Shown here piece after piece: positions 1 through 8,693 of a stretch of DNA of 64,000 nt (positions are counted from its first letter, which is position 1; every line of letters starts with the position of its first letter). The position numbers and the translations under genes were made by a program. Source of the stretch: Methanoregula sp. (lineage in GTDB: Archaea; Halobacteriota; Methanomicrobia; Methanomicrobiales; Methanospirillaceae); the NCBI GenBank assembly GCA_028679185.1, contig JAJRBZ010000069.1:30059-94058 (forward strand). Direction: 5' to 3'. The notes below the pieces were generated by a model. It saw only the letters and a program-made list of their open reading frames with translations, was not told the origin of the DNA and did no database searches.

Positions 1-487
1 AACCGGTGTAAGCGGTGCAGGAGACAATCCCTCTGCAACTACGCACTATCCGAATGTCGGGGACAATATCGGACCCTACAAATGGACAACGCATCGTCAC
101 CTTGCTGAAATGAAACAGGAGCTTTTGTGGCTGGGATCAAAAGCGAAATGCTATTTTACTCCTCATCTCGTACCGGTTAATCGCGGCATTCTGACAACGG
201 CCCATATCCTGCTTAATGAACCTATAGAACAAAAAGAAGTCGAAAAGCTTTACAGCGACTTCTATAAAGGTGAATACTTTGTGCGGTATCAGAAGCCTTC
301 ACTTGCTGCAGTCCGCGGAAGCAATTTCTGTGATGTCATGGTCGAAAGTGAAGGATTGCGTGTTGTGGCAATCTCTGCCATAGACAACCTCGTTAAAGGG
401 GCAAGTGGCCAGGCAATCCAGAATATGAACCTGATGTGCGGACTAAACGAACAGGACGGACTTGTCGGGGCAGGTCTTCTTCCCTAG
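1..487 (+). CDS. argC: N-acetyl-gamma-glutamyl-phosphate reductase, C-terminal part (5' end outside window)
   Basis: Frame is open from base 2 (TGVSGAG...HRHLAEM) into the listed ORF, which ends [20 protein letters not shown] (ArgC signature); first gene of an arg cluster. Confidence 0.95.
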   Translation, partial: TGVSGAGDNPSATTHYPNVGDNIGPYKWTTHRHLAEMKQELLWLGSKAKCYFTPHLVPVNRGILTTAHILLNEPIEQKEVEKLYSDFYKGEYFVRYQKPSLAAVRGSNFCDVMVESEGLRVVAISAIDNLVKGASGQAIQNMNLMCGLNEQDGLVGAGLLP

Positions 488-497
488 GTGATGAATA

Positions 498-992
498 ATG
501 CTGGTAAAGGACGCAATGACAAAAGACCCGATTGTCTGCAGTGCAGAAACAACCCTTCGGGAGGCAGTAAGATTAATGAGAAAACATCACATCGGCGGGC
601 TTCCGGTTATGGAAGGCACGGAACTCGTCGGCATGCTTACAGAATCTGACCTCATCTCGCTTCTGGAATCCGAAAAAATCTCCGATGACCTCTGGTTGCC
701 ATCTCCGTTTGAGATTATCGAGATCCCCATCCGTGAATATATCAACTGGGAAAAGACAAAGCATGCACTTCGCAATATCGGGGATATGCAGGCAAAAAAG
801 GTAATGATCCGCCAGGTAATCACGGCAACAGAAATAATGGATATAGAAGAAGCCGCCGCCCTTATGCTTAAAGAGAGGATTGCACGTCTGCCGGTAATGC
901 GCGAAAAAAAACTGGTTGGAATTCTGACCCGGGCAGATATTATTAATGCAATCGGGGCGTCCTATCCCAACAAAGAGGGAGCTGATACGTAA
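498..992 (+). CDS. CBS-domain pair protein
   Basis: Two CBS repeats (VKDAMTKDP...GGLPVM...VGMLTESDL; ARLPVM...LVGILTRADI). Confidence 0.9.
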   Translation: MLVKDAMTKDPIVCSAETTLREAVRLMRKHHIGGLPVMEGTELVGMLTESDLISLLESEKISDDLWLPSPFEIIEIPIREYINWEKTKHALRNIGDMQAKKVMIRQVITATEIMDIEEAAALMLKERIARLPVMREKKLVGILTRADIINAIGASYPNKEGADT

Positions 993-2150
993 ATGACATT
1001 TCTCAGTATCTGTGGAGTGAAGGGCGTCAGGGCATACGGGATAAAGGAGGGAAAATTCGGGCTGGCTCTCATCAGTGCAAGTGGGACAGCTGCCGGAGTA
1101 TTTACTGACAACCTTGTCAAGGCGGCTCCTATCGAACTGATGCGAAAACAGATAAAAAAGGGAAGAATGGAAGCAGTAATCGCAAACAGCGGGTGTGCAA
1201 ATGCTTATACCGGAAAAAGAGGATATACCGATGCAGTTTCGATGACGGCATTTGCAGGCTCCGCGCTGGGTGTTGAACCGGATCTTATCGGCGTTGCGAG
1301 TACTGGCGTAATCGGGAGACATCTCGATCTGCCGCTTATTCAGCGCCAGTGCGGGCAAATCGCACCCAGGGTCTCTCGTTCAGAGGAAGCAGAAACACTT
1401 GCTGCCCGGGCCATCATGACGACAGATACATTTCCCAAACACGCTCTCGTGCAAAAAGAAACGTTCAGCGTGGGGGGAATTACAAAAGGAAGCGGCATGA
1501 TCGCTCCGAACATGGGAACAATGCTCGCGTTTATCTATACCGATGCGGAAATTGATGCAAAACTGCTGTCAAAAAACCTGAAACTGGCAACGAGACGGAC
1601 ATTTAACCGCGTTGTTGTTGATGGGGATATGAGTACAAACGATATTGCGCTTTGCACAGCAACAGGGGAATCAGGAAAGGTAAATAAGGCTGAGTTTTCC
1701 CAAGCTCTGGAAGAGTGCTGTCGTTCACTTGCCCAGCAGATTGCTGCAGATGGTGAAGGTGCAACGAAGTTTATTGAGGTTACCGTGAAGGGAGCTCAAA
1801 AGGAGGAGGAGGCCGCAAAAGTTGCCCGCACCATTATTGCGTCCCCACTGGTAAAGACTGCGGTCTATGGTGAAGATCCAAACTGGGGGAGGGTAATTGC
1901 TGCCGCAGGCCGCGCGGGGATTGAGTTCGATCCATATGCAGTCTCCCTCTGGATCAGTGACGGAAATACACGGCATCCTCTTGTCAGGTCCGGCGAGATT
2001 ATTGCAGATCTCAAGAAAGCAAAAGAGGCAATGCACACAAGGAAAGTCATCTTCATCCTTGACCTTGCAGATGGTAAAAAAGAAGCAACAGCATGGGGCT
2101 GCGATCTGACCGGACGCTATGTCGAAATTAACGGGAGGTATACCACATGA
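993..2150 (+). CDS. argJ: Ornithine acetyltransferase / bifunctional ArgJ
   Basis: [14 protein letters not shown] autoprocessing motif, [21 protein letters not shown]. Confidence 0.96.
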   Translation: MTFLSICGVKGVRAYGIKEGKFGLALISASGTAAGVFTDNLVKAAPIELMRKQIKKGRMEAVIANSGCANAYTGKRGYTDAVSMTAFAGSALGVEPDLIGVASTGVIGRHLDLPLIQRQCGQIAPRVSRSEEAETLAARAIMTTDTFPKHALVQKETFSVGGITKGSGMIAPNMGTMLAFIYTDAEIDAKLLSKNLKLATRRTFNRVVVDGDMSTNDIALCTATGESGKVNKAEFSQALEECCRSLAQQIAADGEGATKFIEVTVKGAQKEEEAAKVARTIIASPLVKTAVYGEDPNWGRVIAAAGRAGIEFDPYAVSLWISDGNTRHPLVRSGEIIADLKKAKEAMHTRKVIFILDLADGKKEATAWGCDLTGRYVEINGRYTT

Positions 2151-3022
2151 TTAAACGCGCAGATGTCCTCATGGAAGCACTTCCCTATATCCAGCAGTTC
2201 CATGGGAAGACAATTGTAATTAAGCTCGGGGGGCATGCCATGGTCGATCCTTTCGTCCTTGAAAATGCAATTCAGGATGCAGTACTCCTGCATTATGTGG
2301 GGATTCGCGTAGTACTTGTGCATGGAGGCGGCCCGGAGATCAGCGATAAGATGAAAGCGCTTGGTAAAGAAGCCGTATTTGTTGGTGGACTGAGGGTTAC
2401 CGATCAGGAAACTCTTGAGATCGCCCAGATGGTCCTTGTCGGTAAGATCAACAGCGGCATTGTCTCACTGATTGCAAAATGTGGTGCCCGTGGGGTGGGT
2501 CTTTCGGGTAGTGATGGCAACTTGATCATAGCCAAAAAGATGGACCTGCAGCGGGTGGATATCGGCGGAGTAGAGAAAGAAGTCGACCTCGGGCATGTGG
2601 GAGAGATAGAATGGATCGATCCAGCAATTCTCAATACGCTCCTTGATAAAAATTATATCCCGGTGGTTGCCCCGATTGCCATAGACCGGTTCGGAGGAAG
2701 TCTGAACATTAATGCAGACACAACAGCCGGAGATATAGCGATAGCACTCAGGGCATACAAACTCATTAATATGACTGATGTTGATGGTGTAATGGATGCC
2801 AAACGAACGATAGTGTATCGAAAGTTATCCATTGATGAAGCCAAGGTGATGCAAAAGTCCGGAGCGATCGGAGAAGGGATGATCCCAAAAGTAGGATCGT
2901 TAATAAAGGCGGTAGAAAATGGTGTCAGCTATGCGCATATTATTAATGGCAATATTAAACACAACCTCATTCTTGAACTCTTCACCCGTGACGGTGTTGG
3001 AACAATGATCTCCTTAAAATAA
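2147..3022 (+). CDS. argB: Acetylglutamate kinase
   Basis: [32 protein letters not shown]; ATGA overlap with argJ. Confidence 0.96.
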   Translation: MIKRADVLMEALPYIQQFHGKTIVIKLGGHAMVDPFVLENAIQDAVLLHYVGIRVVLVHGGGPEISDKMKALGKEAVFVGGLRVTDQETLEIAQMVLVGKINSGIVSLIAKCGARGVGLSGSDGNLIIAKKMDLQRVDIGGVEKEVDLGHVGEIEWIDPAILNTLLDKNYIPVVAPIAIDRFGGSLNINADTTAGDIAIALRAYKLINMTDVDGVMDAKRTIVYRKLSIDEAKVMQKSGAIGEGMIPKVGSLIKAVENGVSYAHIINGNIKHNLILELFTRDGVGTMISLK

Positions 3023-3092
3023 TTATTTTACCTCACTTACAGACAGGTATTTTATTAAGGTATAAAACCAGAACCCTTCAGAGGCAAAAAGC

Positions 3093-3515
3093 ATGGATAA
3101 TACGCTGAAAATCGTTGCAGGTCTTTTTACAGTGGTTCTGCTTGTCTGCGTACTTTTTTTTGCTTTGCCAAAAGAACCAGCCCCAACTCCGTTGTTATTG
3201 ACGGATTCTTCAGTCCAGGGAAATGTTACGGTTTTTTTCTTTTATGGTGAAGAGTGTCCGCATTGCCATAATGTAATGCCGTTCATTCATAATCTTTCAA
3301 AAAAATATCCCGAAGTGAATTTCCAGATTCTTGAGACCTGGCATAATGAGACCAATAATGCCTTATCAAAATTGCTTAATCAGAAACTTGCCATCCAAAA
3401 TCCCGGTGTCCCCGAAGTAATTGTAGTCGGGAATAATACCCCGCTGATCGGGGATCGTAATATTCCTGAATACCTCGAAGTTGTCATTCTCGAACAATTA
3501 AAAAAAAAGCAGTAA
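3093..3515 (+). CDS. Membrane-anchored thioredoxin-fold domain (CPHC); probably the 5' part of a frameshifted Trx-Trx-CcdA gene
   Basis: N-terminal hydrophobic anchor, FFYGEECPHC; ends two codons after an A9 run. Confidence 0.8.
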   Translation: MDNTLKIVAGLFTVVLLVCVLFFALPKEPAPTPLLLTDSSVQGNVTVFFFYGEECPHCHNVMPFIHNLSKKYPEVNFQILETWHNETNNALSKLLNQKLAIQNPGVPEVIVVGNNTPLIGDRNIPEYLEVVILEQLKKKQ

Positions 3516-3679
3516 CTGATGAAACAGAATTAAATGAGATATCCCCCCCCTCTACTGTAACATCATTAAATGCAACGATCAGCGCATTTTTTTTCTATGG
3601 TGACGGGTGCAGCCATTGTGACAAAGTAAAACCCCTCCTTCTGGATCTCATAGCGAAATACCCACAACTCGAAATCCGG

Positions 3680-4597
3680 ATGCTGGAAGTGTATCATAAC
3701 ACGACAAATCAGGAAACCTTTGCTGTGATGAACCGTCAGTACGGTATCAGCAGCGCCGGAGTTCCGACACTGTTTATCGGCACAACCGCTATGGTGGGTG
3801 ATGCTGATATTACAAAACGTTTTGAAGCGGTAATTATTGCAGAGAAAGAACGGATCGCATCCTGCACATCCACAACACCCGAAACGGTCATGGTTCCGGA
3901 TCTTGGTTGCTCCACAGATGCTACCCGGATTACCGTACCGCTGGTGATCGCCTCTGCACTTATCGACAGCATCAATCCCTGTGCCTTTTCGGTATTGATC
4001 TTCCTGTTGATCTCCATTTTTACCCTTAAGAACAGGCGGCGTATCCTGATGGTCGGGGGCGTGTATATCGCTGCAGTCTTCATTTTCTACCTGCTATCCG
4101 GGTTCGGGCTGTTCACTATCGTCTCTCTGTCCGGGTTTTCACGGGCTCTCTCGCTTATCGGTGCAACGGTTGCCTTAGTGCTCGGCGTGATCTCAGTACT
4201 GGATGTGCTAAGAGACAGGGATAAGTTCCTCCTTGCGATCCCCTCCTCGAAAAAAGAGCAGATTGAGCGCTATATCAATTCAGCGTCCCTGCCCGCTGCA
4301 TTTGCTCTGGGTATTTTTGTGGGCATATTCGAACTTCCCTGTACCGGAGGCATCTATCTGGCAATTCTTGGGCTTATGAGCCGGAGTTTTACGCTGATGG
4401 AAGGACTGCCATATCTTTTACTCTACAATTTCATCTTTGTCCTGCCGCTCATCCTGATCCTGCTGGTGGTCGCCTATGGTGTCTCTCCGGAACGGGCTGA
4501 CATATGGAGAGTCCGGCACCGCAGGACGCTTCGCCTCATTGTCGGGCTGGCGATGATCGTGCTTGGTGTAATTATCTTTTCAGGTTGGATGGGATAA
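3680..4597 (+). CDS. CcdA/DsbD-like transmembrane electron transporter; frame is open upstream to 3470 and there encodes a second thioredoxin domain (CSHC) with no ATG
   Basis: Multiple TM helices with SINPCAF and FELPCTGG (the two conserved Cys of the DsbD-beta/CcdA domain); upstream in-frame FFYGDGCSHC at 3590-3619. Confidence 0.85.
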   Translation: MLEVYHNTTNQETFAVMNRQYGISSAGVPTLFIGTTAMVGDADITKRFEAVIIAEKERIASCTSTTPETVMVPDLGCSTDATRITVPLVIASALIDSINPCAFSVLIFLLISIFTLKNRRRILMVGGVYIAAVFIFYLLSGFGLFTIVSLSGFSRALSLIGATVALVLGVISVLDVLRDRDKFLLAIPSSKKEQIERYINSASLPAAFALGIFVGIFELPCTGGIYLAILGLMSRSFTLMEGLPYLLLYNFIFVLPLILILLVVAYGVSPERADIWRVRHRRTLRLIVGLAMIVLGVIIFSGWMG

Positions 4598-4637
4598 CAG
4601 GGAAAAACGCCCAGACCCCGTTAATATGAAAAATTAT

Positions 4638-4922
4638 TCAGGGCAGGTTCCCATCGCCGGAAAATCCCCTCTGGCGGTCTTCACTCATCGATATCAGGAT
4701 CTCAAAAATTTTCTGGACCGCAACGGGATCGATCTTGCTCTCTACTGCCAGATTAAAAACATTCTCAAGAACCTTAGAAGTCCTCGGTTTATCATGGATG
4801 GGTATGCCCCTGTGGATCTTGACCTGTGCAATTTTTCCTGCAAGTTCCTGGCGCTGTGCGATGAGCCGTATAATGTGAGCATCCACCTTATTGATCTCTT
4901 CCCGTAAAGTCTCAATGGACAT
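4638..4922 (-). CDS. Chorismate mutase (AroQ class, monofunctional)
   Basis: LREEINKVDAHIIRLIAQRQELAGKIAQVK...IHDKPR; start re-called at ATG 4922. Confidence 0.88.
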   Translation of the reverse strand: MSIETLREEINKVDAHIIRLIAQRQELAGKIAQVKIHRGIPIHDKPRTSKVLENVFNLAVESKIDPVAVQKIFEILISMSEDRQRGFSGDGNLP

Positions 4923-5020
4923 AGGAAATACATGATCGAGATTTTTAATAAACATAATCTTTGGTATCCTCAACACTAAAGCAGATAATATATAAACGCC
5001 CTATCTGATCTGGTGTTTTC

Positions 5021-5668
5021 ATGTTCGAACGGATAAGCCGGCGCGAGGAATTTGATCTCTTTATTGCATGGATGGCAATTTCGCTGTCCTTTGCCATTAT
5101 TAAAATCGCGCCCAATGGTATACTGGGACCGATAAAATCAGTTGACCCCATAGTTGCCCTGATATATTTGGGAATCTCCCTTCTTACTGTCGGAATCGGT
5201 TTCATACTTCATGAAATGGCGCACAAATTTACCGCGATACGCTATGGATACTGGGCAGAGTTCAGAAAAGACAATTCCATGCTCCTTATTGCAGTAGCCC
5301 TCGCATCCCTTGTAGGGTTCGTCTTTGCGGCACCGGGAGCTACCGTTATTTACAGCAATGACAGCCGCGGTCTGAGCAGGGAGCAGAATGGTAAGATCTC
5401 TGCTGCCGGACCTGTAGTAAACCTTCTGCTGTGTATCCCCTTTGCCGGGCTCGTTCTTATCGGGGGTACTATCATGAATACCTCAAATAATATTCTTTCC
5501 CAGATAGGTATTTTCGGCATCCAGATCAATGCGATGATTGCTGCATTCAATATGCTCCCTATCAGCATTCTTGACGGAAGAAAAGTCATATCATGGAATA
5601 TGCCGGTATTTGCCCTGCTTATCATCGCTTCTTTCGGGTTGCTTGTGGGATCATTTTATATCTTCTGA
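5021..5668 (+). CDS. M50 family (site-2) intramembrane metalloprotease
   Basis: HEMAH, AAPGA, SAAGPVVN, FNMLPISILDG. Confidence 0.9.
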   Translation: MFERISRREEFDLFIAWMAISLSFAIIKIAPNGILGPIKSVDPIVALIYLGISLLTVGIGFILHEMAHKFTAIRYGYWAEFRKDNSMLLIAVALASLVGFVFAAPGATVIYSNDSRGLSREQNGKISAAGPVVNLLLCIPFAGLVLIGGTIMNTSNNILSQIGIFGIQINAMIAAFNMLPISILDGRKVISWNMPVFALLIIASFGLLVGSFYIF

Positions 5669-5710
5669 TACCCTCACAATCATATTTTAGTATAACAAAT
5701 TACAACGCCA

Positions 5711-6316
5711 TCAGGTAGTTTTTAATTTTTTCAGTATGGCAACGATCTTCTGCCCCTTTTCAAAAGCCTCTTTCAAGGCAGTCGGGTGGTTTTTGATCCC
5801 GCCATACCGGTCCATGTTATTTGCAATCACGTTATCGTAATACTCAAATCCCGTTGTGTTGAACAATGCAGTAATTATCGGGAATGCTCCATCAAAAACA
5901 TTTTCCCAGCCAAGGCCGGCAGTCGAAATAAATATCCCCTTGTGACATCTGATGGAGTCGTCAGAAAAGTATAGGGTTTTTAAAATGAACTTGCGGGCCC
6001 AGAGGTATTGCTGACGGTCAATAAATCCCTTAAGTTCAGCGGTGATTCCCATCGTATAGATAGGCGAGGCAACTGCGAGGCAGTCTGAAGTGAGTATTTT
6101 TTCATACAGGATGATCGCGTCATCATTCACAATACACTCCCCGTTCTTATGGCAGGCATTGCATCCGCGGCATGGAGAATACTGCAGCGTCTTGAGTACA
6201 ACTTTTTCAACAGCAGCCCCGGATCCCTGAGCTCCGGTGAGGAAACTGTCAAGAAGGGTTTCTGTATTGCCATGCCGGTGGGGACTTCCCGAGATGCCAA
6301 GAACTTTTATTTCCAT
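5711..6316 (-). CDS. Iron-sulfur flavoprotein / NAD(P)H-dependent FMN reductase family
   Basis: GISGSPHRHGNT flavin loop; CRGCNACHKNGEC cluster motif; ASPIY. Confidence 0.9.
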   Translation of the reverse strand: MEIKVLGISGSPHRHGNTETLLDSFLTGAQGSGAAVEKVVLKTLQYSPCRGCNACHKNGECIVNDDAIILYEKILTSDCLAVASPIYTMGITAELKGFIDRQQYLWARKFILKTLYFSDDSIRCHKGIFISTAGLGWENVFDGAFPIITALFNTTGFEYYDNVIANNMDRYGGIKNHPTALKEAFEKGQKIVAILKKLKTT

Positions 6317-6322
6317 AAAACC

Positions 6323-6937
6323 TCACAAAGCAAGACGCGTTTTTAATTCAGCAATAACGGTTTTTCCAAGCTTATCGGCATCTGTTTTTGCCGAAGAGTG
6401 ATATTCGATTGCACCTTTTTCATCCACGCCATTGATCATCAGGTAGAAAATATCGGCATCTTTGACATCGATGACGTGGAAAAAGCACTTGACAGATGGA
6501 ACCGCAGCATCAAAGACGTAGCTCCAGTTCTGGCCGGCAGTAGCCAGAAATACACCGAGTCGTTTTCCTTTGCGTTCCGGGGGTACTATCGGGAGTTTGA
6601 GAACGTATTTCCGGGAACGGAATACCTGCGCCCGGTCGATTAATGCCTTAGGCTGTGAGGCAATACCCATGCAATATATCGGGGAGGACAGGATAATGCA
6701 ATCAGCTTCGATTATTTTATCATGCCAGATGTCCATCCCATCCCGTTGTATACATTTATTCAGCTTTTCGCAGGCGTTGCACCCACGGCAGGGATTGATA
6801 TCTGCTTCGGTAAGGGCAATTTTTTCAATGATAACATCCTGTCCTTCAATCATTGATGCAAGAACCCAGTCAAGCAGCATTTCAGAATTTCCATGTCTTC
6901 GTGGACTCCCGGCGAAGGCGAGGACCTTGATTGGCAT
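6323..6937 (-). CDS. Iron-sulfur flavoprotein / NAD(P)H-dependent FMN reductase family (tandem paralog)
   Basis: FAGSPRRHGNS; CRGCNACEKLNKC; SSPIY. Confidence 0.9.
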   Translation of the reverse strand: MPIKVLAFAGSPRRHGNSEMLLDWVLASMIEGQDVIIEKIALTEADINPCRGCNACEKLNKCIQRDGMDIWHDKIIEADCIILSSPIYCMGIASQPKALIDRAQVFRSRKYVLKLPIVPPERKGKRLGVFLATAGQNWSYVFDAAVPSVKCFFHVIDVKDADIFYLMINGVDEKGAIEYHSSAKTDADKLGKTVIAELKTRLAL

Positions 6938-7013
6938 AGAAGTTTTCTTGTGGTGGCAATGCTAAAAAAGGTTGGTTTTTGATCTATTTTCTGGAAAAAC
7001 AGGGTATAAATTA

Positions 7014-7658
7014 TTAAATTTTCTTGAAGCAAAGATACCAGTCTTTGCACTCATACCCTTCTGTAGGTCTCTTCTCCATCTCGGCAGCTGTTTTGGGGGG
7101 TGGGACAACAACCTTATCACCTGGCTGCCAGTTGGCGGGTGTAGACACTTTGAACTTATCGGTTGTCTGGAGTGCTTTTACCAGGCGGATAATTTCAGGC
7201 ATGTACCTTCCGTTCTGGAGCGGGTAGTAGATCATTGCCCTCATGATACCCTTATCATCAATGAAAAAGACACAACGGACTGCTGCTGTCGATGACTGCC
7301 CGGGATGGATCATGCCGTATTTTTTTGCCACTTTCATAGTCAGATCAGCAATAACAGGGAACGGGATTGTCACACCCATCTTCTCCTTAATCGCGTGCAC
7401 CCAGGCAAGGTGCGCCGAGATGCTGTCGACAGACAGACCGATCAGCTGGACATTGAGTGACTTGAGCTCATCGTAAATGTTCGCAAACGCCATAAACTCG
7501 GTTGTACAGACAGGTGTGAAGTCGGCCGGGTGCGAGAACATCACCACCCATTTTCCCTTCATGTCCGAAAGCTTGATCGGCCCATGAGTTGTCTCCGCTT
7601 CAAAATCAGGCGCTGGTTCTCCGAGAACGGGGAAGGTAATGCAGGTATCGTCTTCCAT
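7014..7658 (-). CDS. Peroxiredoxin, archaeal Prx6-type
   Basis: SHPADFTPVCTTEF, TPANWQPGD, C-terminal CKDWYLC. Confidence 0.95.
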   Translation of the reverse strand: MEDDTCITFPVLGEPAPDFEAETTHGPIKLSDMKGKWVVMFSHPADFTPVCTTEFMAFANIYDELKSLNVQLIGLSVDSISAHLAWVHAIKEKMGVTIPFPVIADLTMKVAKKYGMIHPGQSSTAAVRCVFFIDDKGIMRAMIYYPLQNGRYMPEIIRLVKALQTTDKFKVSTPANWQPGDKVVVPPPKTAAEMEKRPTEGYECKDWYLCFKKI

Positions 7659-7678
7659 TATTTCACGTCCGGATAGTC

Positions 7679-8068
7679 TCAGGGCATGACCTCATCGAGC
7701 TGTGCCTTGCCATATACATACGCAGGCATTCCGGATAGCAGGAATGTGACGCGGAGGGCCTCCTCTATCTCTGCTTTAGTCACCCCGAGGCTCTTTGCAC
7801 CAGCCATCTGCGCGTGGACTGCATGCTGATCGCGCAAAGCTGCCGCAATTGCAATGGCGATCAACTTTTTTGTCTGCTTCGACAACTTACCGTCATCCCA
7901 GATATGCTGCTCGAATCGCATAACGAGATTGAACATCTCGGGCTCTTTTGTCGTCAACTCCCGGAAAAATTTGGGCACTTTACCGATCTTCTTCTCAAGT
8001 TCCTGGAGCTTTTTTGCGGTCTCTTTTTTTGGTACGGTCTTTTTTGCAGGAGTTTTTTTGGCTGCCAT
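7679..8068 (-). CDS. Carboxymuconolactone decarboxylase (CMD/AhpD-like) family protein without Cys
   Basis: LSKQTKKLIAIAIAAAL...AKSLGVTKAEIEEAL pattern; start re-called at ATG 8068, 4 nt after the upstream stop. Confidence 0.82.
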   Translation of the reverse strand: MAAKKTPAKKTVPKKETAKKLQELEKKIGKVPKFFRELTTKEPEMFNLVMRFEQHIWDDGKLSKQTKKLIAIAIAAALRDQHAVHAQMAGAKSLGVTKAEIEEALRVTFLLSGMPAYVYGKAQLDEVMP

Positions 8069-8072
8069 AATT

Positions 8073-8201
8073 TTACTCACTCTCCAGTTTCATTGGTTCG
8101 CCACAACAGACTAGTTCGCCGCCCCCGACTTCCTTTACTACAACGATATTATAGCATATCTCGCATTTGAAGACCTGCCCCTCTTTTGAAACGTTTACCA
8201 T
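8073..8201 (-). CDS. Desulforedoxin (FeS4 iron-binding domain) small protein, 42 aa; absent from ORF track
   Basis: Manual translation [42 protein letters not shown]; CxxC...CCGxxM motif; AAGGAGG RBS just upstream. Confidence 0.9.
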   Translation of the reverse strand: MVNVSKEGQVFKCEICYNIVVVKEVGGGELVCCGEPMKLESE

Positions 8202-8231
8202 GTAGAGATCCTCCTTTCCTGTCTGATAAAA

Positions 8232-8277
8232 CTGGGAGCAGGAACCCTGCATTCAAGATTTTTGCAGGAACTCCCAG
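8232..8277 (-). promoter_or_regulatory. Intergenic hairpin with two alternative pairings, upstream of desulforedoxin
   Basis: + strand CTGGGAG(8232-38)/CTCCCAG(8271-77) outer stem, CCTGCA(8246-51)/TGCAGG(8263-68) inner stem; GCAGGAAC occurs twice (8238-45, 8264-71). Confidence 0.4.
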
Positions 8278-8320
8278 AAGTCACACCTGCTGTACAGTGC
8301 CTGAAAAGAAAAATGGATAG

Positions 8321-8572
8321 TTACTGGTTGCTTTTACCACGTTTTGGCGGATTTCTGGCATCCTCAGGAGTCTTGATGTCCGGGCGGATGTGCGTCATGG
8401 GGAAGCACTGATATTCTTCGCAGGCGCAGGAAGGACATTTCCTGAGATCCTGCTCGCTTTTGTCAAGAGTCAGTTCCTTTCCGCAATCAATGCACACATA
8501 TTTGCCCGGGCCGACTTTTTCTCCCGCGCTGTACTTCTTTTGTTCGGTCAAACGATTCACCAAAACTTTCAT
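8321..8572 (-). CDS. Small zinc-ribbon/rubredoxin-like protein (resembles the DUF1451 C-terminal ribbon)
   Basis: YSAGEKVGPGKYVCIDCG...CPSCAC; start taken at MKVL. Confidence 0.75.
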   Translation of the reverse strand: MKVLVNRLTEQKKYSAGEKVGPGKYVCIDCGKELTLDKSEQDLRKCPSCACEEYQCFPMTHIRPDIKTPEDARNPPKRGKSNQ

Positions 8573-8693
8573 GCACATCAATGCTATTTATGAGTTGCGT
8601 TCGCGTCACCGGATTAAATACGGGGATGCTCTTTATTATGGTCATGAGATTATTGTGCATAAGTATAAGGCACTTTTTCTCCTCTAGTGTAGT

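Noticed and set aside
8232-8277. Interpreting the hairpin as an archaeal SECIS element
   Set aside because: No in-frame UGA at a catalytic position in the neighbouring genes; no Sec or Pyl read-through candidates found in the window
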